A program made the translations under genes and the position numbers. The notes under the pieces are model-generated. The model made no database searches, was not told the origin of the DNA, and saw nothing but the letters and a program-made list of their open reading frames with translations. A stretch of DNA of 24,227 nt, taken from IMG/VR virus record IMGVR_UViG_3300048881_000107, positions 1 through 24,227 of that record. One strand, given 5' to 3'. Shown here piece after piece: positions 8,002 through 15,772 of the stretch (positions are counted from its first letter, which is position 1; each line of letters opens with the position of its first letter). The stretch is from a virus (taxonomy: Duplodnaviria; Caudoviricetes).

Positions 8002-8708
8002 GTGTATTTTCTTTTGAAGATTTAATATCCCCTATCGGTAAAGAAAGGTTTTATGATGAGTATCAAGGTAAAAAACACCTTGCTATAAGATGTTCATATC
8101 CTAGATTCAAAGATCATTTTAGTTGGACAGAATTAGATAACTATTTGAACAGTATGGATCTAAATGGTTGGGATAGAATGCCGCAATGTGCGGTTGTATT
8201 ACCTGAGGGTAATAAATTAAATCCAGAAAACAACAATCAATGGACTAAAAAGACACATAAGAAAAAATTTAGTAAGCAATTGATATATGATTTATGGGAA
8301 AATGGTAATAGTATAATACTTCCATTATCAGAACATCTCAACAAAACTATGTGGAATCAATGTGAAGAATTAGAAAAAGAGTTTGGAAGTGGTTGTGCTA
8401 ATATTTATTGTAGCAATCAAAAGGACTCTAATAACTATCAAATTCATGCAGATTCTACTGATAACTTCCTTTTTCATGTAAGAGGGAAAATAAGGTGGCA
8501 TATTTATAATGAATTTGAACACCAATGTAAACCGGGAGAAGCAACAGAAAATACCTACATTGATTTAAGTGAGGGAGATTTGTTGTATCTTCCTATAAAG
8601 TTGTATCACAGAGTGACAACTTTAAGCCCAAGAATATCAATCAGTTATCATTTTACTGATGTAAAGTATAAGAGAACTAAATGGTATGACTGGATCGGAG
8701 AGATATGA
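7998..8708 (+). CDS. JmjC/cupin-4 oxygenase (YcfD/RoxA-like)
   Basis: CANIY...HADSTDNFLFHVRGKIRW...EGDLLYLP...YHRV. ATG at 7998 overlaps the upstream stop (ATGA). Confidence 0.85.
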   Translation: MSVFSFEDLISPIGKERFYDEYQGKKHLAIRCSYPRFKDHFSWTELDNYLNSMDLNGWDRMPQCAVVLPEGNKLNPENNNQWTKKTHKKKFSKQLIYDLWENGNSIILPLSEHLNKTMWNQCEELEKEFGSGCANIYCSNQKDSNNYQIHADSTDNFLFHVRGKIRWHIYNEFEHQCKPGEATENTYIDLSEGDLLYLPIKLYHRVTTLSPRISISYHFTDVKYKRTKWYDWIGEI

Positions 8709-9085
8709 TGGCACAACCATCTGAACAGTTCTCAGGCGATATGTCTAGGAACGAAGTAGAGATTGATCTCAATAAGTTCATGGCTATGGTAGCTGAAATC
8801 GGCGAACTAAAAGCAAAAATCATGGAAATGGAAAACGAAAGGGAACCAGATAATCCGTGGCAGAAATGGATATGGTTTTCTAACATGATTGACGCTTGGA
8901 GAATTTTCCCGAGGCTATTCCTTAGTGTGTATATTTACTTATTGTATTATTGTACAATTTGGTTTATGGAATTACCAGAACCGAGCTTGGAACAATCAGG
9001 ACTAATTTCCATAGTAGTAGGCGCAGGTGCAGCATGGTTTGGACTATACGCTGGAACCGCTAAAGATAAGATCAATAGTAAGTAA
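8705..9085 (+). CDS. Two-TM membrane protein (holin-like candidate)
   Basis: DAWRIFPR followed by two hydrophobic helices and GAGAAWFGLY. Confidence 0.6.
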   Translation: MMAQPSEQFSGDMSRNEVEIDLNKFMAMVAEIGELKAKIMEMENEREPDNPWQKWIWFSNMIDAWRIFPRLFLSVYIYLLYYCTIWFMELPEPSLEQSGLISIVVGAGAAWFGLYAGTAKDKINSK

Positions 9086-9111
9086 TACTTACACAAACCC
9101 AAAAATAGTTC

Positions 9112-9140
9112 TTGACAACTCCCGAAAATTTTGATATAAT
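9112..9140 (+). promoter_or_regulatory. sigma70 consensus promoter
   Basis: AAAATAGTTC-TTGACA-17 nt-TATAAT, with ATG 6 nt after the -10 box. Confidence 0.9.
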
Positions 9141-9146
9141 ACAAGT

Positions 9147-9284
9147 ATGAAAAATGGGAAAAAGTTAAAAACACGAAAATCGAATTGGACTGGTAGAGAA
9201 GTACCGCAGGATAAAAAATGTCTCTGTGGGTTGCTTTTAGAAAATTGCAAAGATGCTTATCTACATATGTCTAAAGGGATTTAA
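9147..9284 (+). CDS. Small Cys/His protein (45 aa, probably leaderless, not in ORF track)
   Basis: MKNGKKLKTRKSNWTGREVPQDKKCLCGLLLENCKDAYLHMSKGI with CxC...C...H potential Zn ligands. Confidence 0.65.
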   Translation: MKNGKKLKTRKSNWTGREVPQDKKCLCGLLLENCKDAYLHMSKGI

Positions 9285-9291
9285 GAGAACT

Positions 9292-9457
9292 GAGTACACT
9301 ACTGAGTGAACCATAAGCTAAGTAGAAACCCGACACCTAACCATAAGAGCAGATATACAAGCTCTGTCAAACAGCTGTATATTCAATCAGTATAGAATGT
9401 TGGGGGAAGGACATAGTGGCGGTAACTACCTGAAATAAGGATCAAGGTAGTGTACTC
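9292..9457 (+). ncRNA. Structured ncRNA, 6S RNA-like
   Basis: Perfect 11-bp closing stem GAGTACACTAC/GTAGTGTACTC, nested stems CCCGACA/TGTTGGG and ATATACA(A)GCT/AGCTGTATAT. CTGAG and ACCTGAA...GGATCAAGG motifs resemble proteobacterial 6S RNA. Confidence 0.55.
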
Positions 9458-9473
9458 TCCTGAGAGAAACAAT

Positions 9474-9701
9474 ATGGCAACAGATACATTTAACATAAAA
9501 GTACAAGAAGATGGTGAGCATAGAGTTTACGAGCAAGACGGCAAAAGAATTGTCGTTAAGGTAGGTACTTCTGACGAAGAAGTGCAAAAACTATTTGATG
9601 ACGCTCAAGTATTTACTCATATGAAAAGACAGCTTCGACTCCGTAAAAAGAACGGAACAGGTACTATTTTACGTTCGGTCAGATTACATGGCGAACGATA
9701 A
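9474..9701 (+). CDS. Hypothetical protein
   Basis: ORF with ATG at 9474 after GAGAG. The track's start at 9450 lies inside the RNA stem. Confidence 0.65.
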   Translation: MATDTFNIKVQEDGEHRVYEQDGKRIVVKVGTSDEEVQKLFDDAQVFTHMKRQLRLRKKNGTGTILRSVRLHGER

Positions 9702-9894
9702 AAAATTAATAGGAGTTCTTAATGAACTTCAGGATACTATTACGCATAGTAAAGCCTTAAAGACAGATTTAGAACAGCAAATAGTTCAAACTGAAGCTGA
9801 GATTGATGTCTTAGAAGGCAAACTTTTGCGATTAAGAGAGTATCGGGCAAAACTTGAAGGAGGAATAGACGTCATAGACGAACTCAACAAGTAA
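9688..9894 (+). CDS. Hypothetical coiled-coil protein
   Basis: Heptad pattern, overlaps the upstream ORF. Confidence 0.65.
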   Translation: MANDKKLIGVLNELQDTITHSKALKTDLEQQIVQTEAEIDVLEGKLLRLREYRAKLEGGIDVIDELNK

Positions 9895-9913
9895 TGCCCC
9901 ACAGAAAAAACCT

Positions 9914-10288
9914 ATGGAATGGTTACCAGACAATTATAATCCACCTTTAAACTATAAACCAAGTAAAGAAATGACAGAAGATTACAAAGCAGAGAAAAAC
10001 ATCTTCAATGAAGATGCAGCACTCAAAGAATTGAGAAAATATATTGATACTACCTATGAAAAGCATTACGCTAGTGGGAACATTCAATCTACAGAGTTCA
10101 TATTCGACGCTGGACATGGCGAGAGCTTCTGCTTGGGAAATATAATTAAATACGCACAACGATATGGTAAAAAGGACGGAGAAAACGTAAGTGATGTTCT
10201 TAAACTATGTCACTACGCTATTATGCTACTCGGTAACCACATTAACTACAATTTAGATCCGTTTGTTGATGAAAAAGAATGGCAATAA
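9914..10288 (+). CDS. DUF3310 family protein (T7 gp1.7-like putative nucleotide kinase)
   Basis: HY...IQ...FCLGNIIKYAQRYGKK.G...D..K..HY motif. Confidence 0.8.
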   Translation: MEWLPDNYNPPLNYKPSKEMTEDYKAEKNIFNEDAALKELRKYIDTTYEKHYASGNIQSTEFIFDAGHGESFCLGNIIKYAQRYGKKDGENVSDVLKLCHYAIMLLGNHINYNLDPFVDEKEWQ

Positions 10289-10986
10289 GAACTAAAGATT
10301 ACGAAAATATAACAGATGCAAACATACAAAAGGTAATAGATCTTTTAAATGCAGAGAGTCCTATCACTAAAAAGGACGCCTGTGAAATTCTAAATATAAG
10401 GTATAACACGACCCGTCTTCAGAAGATTATAGACGATTATTTAGAAGTTACTTCATACAGAGATAAAAGAAGATCTCAAAATAGAGGTAAAGGAGCTACC
10501 AGAGCAGAAATAACACAAGTCATTGAAGATTACTTAGATGGACATAATATTTCTGACATTAGCGCTAGAATGTATCGTTCTCCTGCGTTCTGCAGAGCAA
10601 TAATTGAGAGAGTGGGAGTTCCACCAAAACTACCAAAATCAGAATTGTCCTGTATGAAACACAGAACTGCTATGCTTCCCCAAGAATGTGTGGAGTATAG
10701 TTTTGAAGAGGGTGAAGTCGTATGGGCTGTTAGAGAAAACAAAGTCGCAACAATAATACGAGAGTATACTTTAGAATGGCAAGATACAATGGCAGGCATA
10801 AATAATTTTGATTACGAAAAAAATTATGGTTGTCCTTACTATCGAATCCATGTTAGAGACCCAATAGATATGTCAAAGACATTATTTCCTTGGGTTAAAA
10901 ACACAGGTTACTCTAGCGGCGCTCTAGCTTATGATCTAGGAAGTTTGAGGCATTTAGAACAATATGGAGTTAATCTTAACCCTTAA
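10279..10986 (+). CDS. T5 D2-like protein
   Basis: TKKDACEILNI...RGK...VIEDYLDG...YRS...GEVVW...YDLGSLRHLEQYGV parallels T5 D2, and gene order matches. Confidence 0.8.
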   Translation: MAIRTKDYENITDANIQKVIDLLNAESPITKKDACEILNIRYNTTRLQKIIDDYLEVTSYRDKRRSQNRGKGATRAEITQVIEDYLDGHNISDISARMYRSPAFCRAIIERVGVPPKLPKSELSCMKHRTAMLPQECVEYSFEEGEVVWAVRENKVATIIREYTLEWQDTMAGINNFDYEKNYGCPYYRIHVRDPIDMSKTLFPWVKNTGYSSGALAYDLGSLRHLEQYGVNLNP

Positions 10987-11239
10987 AGGGTTTATAGCAT
11001 TTTATGTATCTGGGGTAGTTATGAGCTATTGGAAGCTCTACTTTCCGTCTATGGCATTACTTAAAGCCGTAAATGAGAAAAGTGTTATCTTAAGGTATCG
11101 TTGGGTTTGCTTTGTAGTATGGTTCTTTGGTGCAACGATTTCATTGCCTTTCTTAGTTCCCGCACTACTATTTGATTCCATTGGAGAGAAATTTATAATA
11201 AGTTATGTACAAACACTAGAAAGAAAAGAGGAAAAATGA
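10964..11239 (+). CDS. Membrane protein following D2
   Basis: Two hydrophobic segments. Confidence 0.65.
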   Translation: MELILTLKGFIAFYVSGVVMSYWKLYFPSMALLKAVNEKSVILRYRWVCFVVWFFGATISLPFLVPALLFDSIGEKFIISYVQTLERKEEK

Positions 11240-11439
11240 GAGAAGCATTATATGAAGCACTAGAGTCCAAGTATAGAGGCGAAATAGCAGAAGGAAAAGC
11301 TAATGTAGAAGTGTATTTAAGAAATCCAGCAGGTATAGGTGAGCACCCAGATATCGTTGGAGCAATAGATACGCAGATGCATCGAATTGCCGAAGCAGAA
11401 GACAAATTAGTAGCTTTGAAAAAATATTTTATAAAATGA
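11236..11439 (+). CDS. Hypothetical phage protein
   Basis: VYLRNPAGIGEHPDIVGAID motif, ATGA coupling. Confidence 0.7.
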   Translation: MREALYEALESKYRGEIAEGKANVEVYLRNPAGIGEHPDIVGAIDTQMHRIAEAEDKLVALKKYFIK

Positions 11440-11609
11440 CAGGATTACACACAAATAAAGATTGTACAACCAAGCTGGTAGCTTTACTAGATAAAGTAGA
11501 AAAACTCGATGCTAGAGATATTACTTACAACCATCACGTCCTAGAAGATATGAAACAATTAGCAAGGGAATTAAAACGTGAATCAGAGTTTGTATCTGGA
11601 ATCAGATAA
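11436..11609 (+). CDS. Small hypothetical protein (57 aa, not in ORF track)
   Basis: ATGA coupling. MTGLHTNKDCTTKLVALLDKVEKL...RESEFVSGIR. Confidence 0.6.
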   Translation: MTGLHTNKDCTTKLVALLDKVEKLDARDITYNHHVLEDMKQLARELKRESEFVSGIR

Positions 11610-11931
11610 TAAGTTAATAGGAATAGTAAGAAATCCATACGAAAGAGTAGTATCACTATATAAGTTTAGTTATTACTGGATTGGTTTTGACAAGTGGCTA
11701 TTAGAAGAAAAGCCTAAAACACAGACTTCGCTTTATGAGGATTGTGATCATATCGTTCATCTTGAAGATTGGCGGGAAGAACTAGAAAAATTAGGAGTTC
11801 CTACAAATAACTCATTTTTAGAAAAAGTCTGGATATCAACGGACTATAAACGATGGTATACAGTTAAGAGTTTAAATTTAGTTACCCAGCTGTATCATGA
11901 AGATATTAAGAGGTTCGGGTATAGATACTAA
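11578..11931 (+). CDS. Short sulfotransferase-family-like protein
   Basis: IVRNPYERVVSLY and LYHEDIKRFGY motifs, N-terminal PAPS loop not visible. Confidence 0.65.
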   Translation: MNQSLYLESDNKLIGIVRNPYERVVSLYKFSYYWIGFDKWLLEEKPKTQTSLYEDCDHIVHLEDWREELEKLGVPTNNSFLEKVWISTDYKRWYTVKSLNLVTQLYHEDIKRFGYRY

Positions 11932-11941
11932 AATTTAATTC

Positions 11942-11970
11942 TTGACAACGCCCTTCATTTTTAGTATAAT
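11942..11970 (+). promoter_or_regulatory. sigma70 consensus promoter
   Basis: TTGACA-17 nt-TATAAT. Confidence 0.9.
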
Positions 11971-11993
11971 ATAAGTATAAAAGAAATATCATT

Positions 11994-12392
11994 ATGGGCG
12001 ATAGATTTTATCAACAACAATTAAACAGGAGAAAAAGAGTGCCTTGGGAAGAAGATAAGAAAAACCTAGCATGTCAATTATACCTAGATGAAGAACCCAC
12101 TCCAGAAACAAGTATGGAGATAGTTAAAGAAGTAGCTGAGAAGTTAAGCGAGAGCCCAAACGGAGTCAGAATGATTTTAACTAGGGCGGGTATCTATGTT
12201 AAAAAGACACCTGCTACGAAGGCAAGTAATGGATCAACTGGTGGTGGCAGAGTTTCTGTCGCAGACGCACAGCAATCATTAAAGAACGCTTTAAGTGATG
12301 CTGGCATGGAGCCAGATGAGTCAATAATTAGTAGGCTAACAGGGAAAGCAGCTAATTACTTTGCGGACATAGTAACAAACCTAAACAAATAA
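11994..12392 (+). CDS. T5 D3-like protein
   Basis: SMEIVKEVA...SPNGVRMILTRAGIYVKK...SDAG...IISRLTGKAA matches T5 D3. Alternative GTG at 12039 has an AGGAG RBS. Confidence 0.82.
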   Translation: MGDRFYQQQLNRRKRVPWEEDKKNLACQLYLDEEPTPETSMEIVKEVAEKLSESPNGVRMILTRAGIYVKKTPATKASNGSTGGGRVSVADAQQSLKNALSDAGMEPDESIISRLTGKAANYFADIVTNLNK

Positions 12393-12403
12393 CTACCCCT
12401 GTG

Positions 12404-12436
12404 CTTGGGGGATAGCAATATCCCCCAAGAATTTTT
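12404..12436 (+). terminator. Rho-independent terminator
   Basis: CTTGGGGGATA-GCAA-TATCCCCCAAG followed by AATTTTT. Confidence 0.8.
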
Positions 12437-12516
12437 GCAACCTAACGATTTAACCTCGTTTTATAATACCATGTTGAGACGGTACAATACATTATACTAA
12501 CTCACAAGGAAACTAA

Positions 12517-12792
12517 ATGAGGAAAGATGACTTTACAGATAACGTAAAGAAATGTGGTGATGCGATAATAACCTACAGAAGTCAAAATTCTAGAAGATTA
12601 AAGTATAATGTCTGTACTATGGATTTTGACAACAGATATATACAATCGAAGCGTAATAGAGCTAGACCTAATCAACATCAGGTACTTCTATTCTGTTGGG
12701 ATACGGACTCTTATAGACTCTTAATTCCAGAGAATGTTACTTCCATTGTTCCTTTACAAGCAATATTGAGGAACAAAAATGGAAATTCATGA
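12517..12792 (+). CDS. Conserved T5-like hypothetical protein
   Basis: KYNVCTMDFDNRYI...LLFCWDTDSYR, located between D3 and the PC4-like gene. Confidence 0.65.
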   Translation: MRKDDFTDNVKKCGDAIITYRSQNSRRLKYNVCTMDFDNRYIQSKRNRARPNQHQVLLFCWDTDSYRLLIPENVTSIVPLQAILRNKNGNS

Positions 12793-13078
12793 AGCCCCTG
12801 CTGTATATGAAAAGCTAATACATTACAATGAAGATAAACATATAAAAATCTATTTAACTGTAAGTTCTTTTCGAGACACAGAATATTTACACATACGAAA
12901 ATATTACCAAGACTTTGACGAGGAATGGAAGCCTAGCAAGGAAGGGATAGCTATACCCCTAGATTTCGATAACAGTAGAAACCTTTTTGACGCATTGATC
13001 GAAATACTCTCCATCTCAGAAGTTAAAGACATTCTGGAAGAACACTTCAAAGACAAGCTAGACGAAATCTATTTATAA
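12779..13078 (+). CDS. PC4-like ssDNA-binding protein
   Basis: LTVSSFRDTEYLHIRKYY...EEWKPSKEGIAI is the PC4 signature. Confidence 0.82.
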   Translation: MEIHEAPAVYEKLIHYNEDKHIKIYLTVSSFRDTEYLHIRKYYQDFDEEWKPSKEGIAIPLDFDNSRNLFDALIEILSISEVKDILEEHFKDKLDEIYL

Positions 13079-13100
13079 TCACATACTCTAAAAATAGTTC

Positions 13101-13129
13101 TTGACAAGGAACTTAAATTTCTGTATAAT
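13101..13129 (+). promoter_or_regulatory. sigma70 consensus promoter for ligase A
   Basis: AAAATAGTTC-TTGACA-17 nt-TATAAT, with ATG 6 nt after the -10 box. Confidence 0.9.
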
Positions 13130-13135
13130 ATACAT

Positions 13136-14089
13136 ATGAATAGAGATTTAGAAACATATCTAAACCGCTGTAGAATGTCTTACTACAATGGTAGACCCTT
13201 AATTCCCGACTCAGTTTATGATAAGTTAGTAGAGAATACTGACTTAGAATTTGAAGTCGGACACGAAACGGATTCTCGTTTCGCTCACCCCTTCCCCCTA
13301 TACTCATTACAAAAAGTATTTGAAGGCGAAGATACACCCCCATCATACGGAAACAACGCAGTAGTTACAACTCCCAAGTTGGACGGCGCTTGTGTGTCCG
13401 TCATTTATATAGATGGAAAATATAATCAAGCATTGACTAGGGGAGATGGAAAGTATGGAATCGATATTAGTAATAAAATGAAGCATTTAGTTCCTTCATT
13501 TTTAGAATTTGGAGAAGACTTCATGTCTGGAGTTAAGCAAATTACTGGAGAGGTAGTTTGTCCAAAAGAGTTGCCCAACGCTAGAAATTATGCGTCTGGA
13601 GCATTAAATCTTAAAGATGTAGCTGAATTTAAAAGAAGAAATCTTACTTTTATAGTGCATTCTATAAGACCTTATATTGGAATAGCTTGGACAGAGGACA
13701 TGAAGTTCTTAGATAACTGGTTTAATACCGCTACAATGGGTAATTATGATGAACATTTACAAGATGGAATAGTTTTTAGAGTAGATAATTATCTTGCTTA
13801 CGAAAACTTAGGCTGGACAAGCCACCACCCTAGAGGAGCATATGCTCTTAAAAAGAGGGGACGATCTGTAGTAACAAAATTACTTGATGTAGAGTGGAAT
13901 GTAGGGAAAAGTGGAGTCATTGCTCCAACCGCCCTACTTGAACCTATTGATATAGATGGTGCAACCATTTCTAGAGCTACCTTACATAATAAAGGTTTTA
14001 TAGAAGAAATGGGATTAGAAATTGGTTGTGATGTAGAACTTATTAGAAGTGGAGAAATAATTCCACGAATAATACAACGAGTAGACTAA
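13136..14089 (+). CDS. ligA: NAD-dependent DNA ligase subunit A (adenylation and OB domains)
   Basis: YYNG...D..YD, KLDG adenylation site, TRGDG, NARN, DGIV, RATLHN and RSGEIIP. Confidence 0.93.
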   Translation: MNRDLETYLNRCRMSYYNGRPLIPDSVYDKLVENTDLEFEVGHETDSRFAHPFPLYSLQKVFEGEDTPPSYGNNAVVTTPKLDGACVSVIYIDGKYNQALTRGDGKYGIDISNKMKHLVPSFLEFGEDFMSGVKQITGEVVCPKELPNARNYASGALNLKDVAEFKRRNLTFIVHSIRPYIGIAWTEDMKFLDNWFNTATMGNYDEHLQDGIVFRVDNYLAYENLGWTSHHPRGAYALKKRGRSVVTKLLDVEWNVGKSGVIAPTALLEPIDIDGATISRATLHNKGFIEEMGLEIGCDVELIRSGEIIPRIIQRVD

Positions 14090-14271
14090 TGTTATTATAT
14101 TTAGAAGAACAACTACATAACGCATACTTGGTATTTATAACTAAAGTACCACTAGGAGAGAAAGTGCCTAATGTAGAGGAGTTTAGATGTGCAGTAGAAT
14201 TAGATGAGGACTGGTTTGAAGACTTACTAATAGAGTATGAAAGAAACAAAGCAACATACACGCGACATTAA
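14089..14271 (+). CDS. Hypothetical protein
   Basis: TAATG coupling with ligase A. Confidence 0.6.
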   Translation: MLLYLEEQLHNAYLVFITKVPLGEKVPNVEEFRCAVELDEDWFEDLLIEYERNKATYTRH

Positions 14272-14286
14272 AGGAATAGAAAAAAG

Positions 14287-14463
14287 ATGGAAGATCCAAC
14301 GCAAGCAATCCATGCAGCTCTTTACCGAGCTGTTGAAAACGAAAAACGAAAAGCAGAAATCAATAGAAAAGTAAGCATTATTGCTTGGCTTTTACCTAGA
14401 TTTCGCAAAGGTATCTCAGACCCTAAGAACTATGAGGAACTCATAGGCAAGGTCGATGAATAA
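14287..14463 (+). CDS. Small hypothetical protein (58 aa, not in ORF track)
   Basis: AAGGA upstream. MEDPTQAIHAALYRAVENEKRKAEINRK...GKVDE fills the intergenic gap. Confidence 0.55.
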   Translation: MEDPTQAIHAALYRAVENEKRKAEINRKVSIIAWLLPRFRKGISDPKNYEELIGKVDE

Positions 14464-14722
14464 GAGCAAATGGTATAAATTAAAACACCCCACTTTTACT
14501 ATTGATTGGTATGTAAAGTGGTTGGCTTCTTTATTTATCATAGCGGCTATGATGATACGAACTACACAGCAATATCCTATTTGGGATATGTGGTTATCTT
14601 TAACAGGTTGTCTAGGCTGGTTAGTAGTATCGGTAATATGGAGAGATAGAGCTTTAATTGTGCTTAATGTTATAGCTTCCTTTATACTAGCCTCAGGATT
14701 ACTAAATCATTTTCTAACATGA
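14456..14722 (+). CDS. Three-TM small membrane protein (DUF6552-like)
   Basis: DWYVKWLAS...W..VS..WRDRALIVLN motif. Confidence 0.65.
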   Translation: MNKSKWYKLKHPTFTIDWYVKWLASLFIIAAMMIRTTQQYPIWDMWLSLTGCLGWLVVSVIWRDRALIVLNVIASFILASGLLNHFLT

Positions 14723-15087
14723 CAGGAGTATATAACGAAACATATTTTAGCACTCGTCCCGAAGAAAGGGAACGAGAAGGTGTTTTATACGGCGTTGTAT
14801 TAGTTAATAAAAAGACCTTTGAACGAGAATGTATTAAGGTAGGTATTGCCGCTGGAAAAGACTGGCGTCATGTCGTTAAGCGTTCTTATGGTTTTAAAGG
14901 CTATGATTTAAGAATACAACGAACTTGGACAAGCACTCTTTATAGAGTGTGGGAAGTAGAGCAATCGCTTCATAAAGAGTATGAAAACGATAGGTTTCAG
15001 CCTAGTCATAAATTTGGTGGACACACAGAGTGTTTTAATATAAACAGTAAAATTTTGGAGACATTCCCGAAGAAAAATGAAAGTTAG
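14719..15087 (+). CDS. GIY-YIG/T5orf172-like nuclease-domain protein
   Basis: GVLY...IKVGI...R...E..LH...FGGHTECF. Confidence 0.65.
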   Translation: MTGVYNETYFSTRPEEREREGVLYGVVLVNKKTFERECIKVGIAAGKDWRHVVKRSYGFKGYDLRIQRTWTSTLYRVWEVEQSLHKEYENDRFQPSHKFGGHTECFNINSKILETFPKKNES

Positions 15088-15772
15088 TGTAGAAAAAACA
15101 CCTAGCCAAAAAGTATCACAGTATGCAATTAATACTGCAGCGACTGTTTCTATTACTCATTTGGCAGGACATGACTTTAGTCAAGTAGTAAATGCAGCAA
15201 TTGAAGTAAATGATCGTGCTGGTAAAGCAAAAGCAATGCCTCATATAGCTGCTAGGAATTTAGGTTCTGAAGCTGGGCTGCATATAGCACTCGATAGAGC
15301 TAAAGAAGCGGGCATTGATAAAGTTCTAGTTATTGGAGGAAATGAACAAAAAGGAAGAGCATTTCAAGGAGTAGATGAAGTATATAGTGCAATTTCTAGA
15401 TATGGTTTTGATATGTATTGTGGTGTTTATCCACAAGAAGAATCCTTCTACCATGCTTGTTCCACTAAGTATACAAAATTCTTAAAAGGTATAACTCAAC
15501 TATGTTTTAATACTAAGATGTTAAACGCATGGCACGGTAAAACAATCATTGGAGTACCAACAAACTGCTCCACTGAAGGCTTACTAAAGTATATGAAAAT
15601 ATGTGGATTACTAATAAGTTTTAAACATATAGTAGGAAATCTAGAAGGAATACAATATCTTAATATGAAGGGATTTAATACAAGTAAGTTTATTAGTCGT
15701 TTAAATCACGAACAAGTACACTTATATAACTTTGGTAGATTAGACCAAACTTTAATGGAACTAGAAGTATGA
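15077..15772 (+). CDS. Methylenetetrahydrofolate reductase-like flavoprotein
   Basis: ITHL.G, PHIAARN, VLVIGG, YPQ, ITQLCFN and HLYNFG follow MetF-family motifs. Confidence 0.68.
   Translation: MKVSVEKTPSQKVSQYAINTAATVSITHLAGHDFSQVVNAAIEVNDRAGKAKAMPHIAARNLGSEAGLHIALDRAKEAGIDKVLVIGGNEQKGRAFQGVDEVYSAISRYGFDMYCGVYPQEESFYHACSTKYTKFLKGITQLCFNTKMLNAWHGKTIIGVPTNCSTEGLLKYMKICGLLISFKHIVGNLEGIQYLNMKGFNTSKFISRLNHEQVHLYNFGRLDQTLMELEV

Noticed and set aside
9302-9332. CTGAGTGA...GAAAC resembling a hammerhead ribozyme core
   Set aside because: There is an extra base in CUGANGA, stem II is only about 2 bp, and no NUH cleavage triplet follows the stem III partner
9450-9473. GTG start proposed by the ORF track
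   Set aside because: It lies within the 3' strand of the RNA closing stem, and ATG at 9474 is more plausible
14719-15087. Mobile homing endonuclease responsible for the ligase insertion
   Set aside because: Only a 122-aa GIY-YIG-like domain with no visible DNA-binding extension or intron context, so mobility is unsupported
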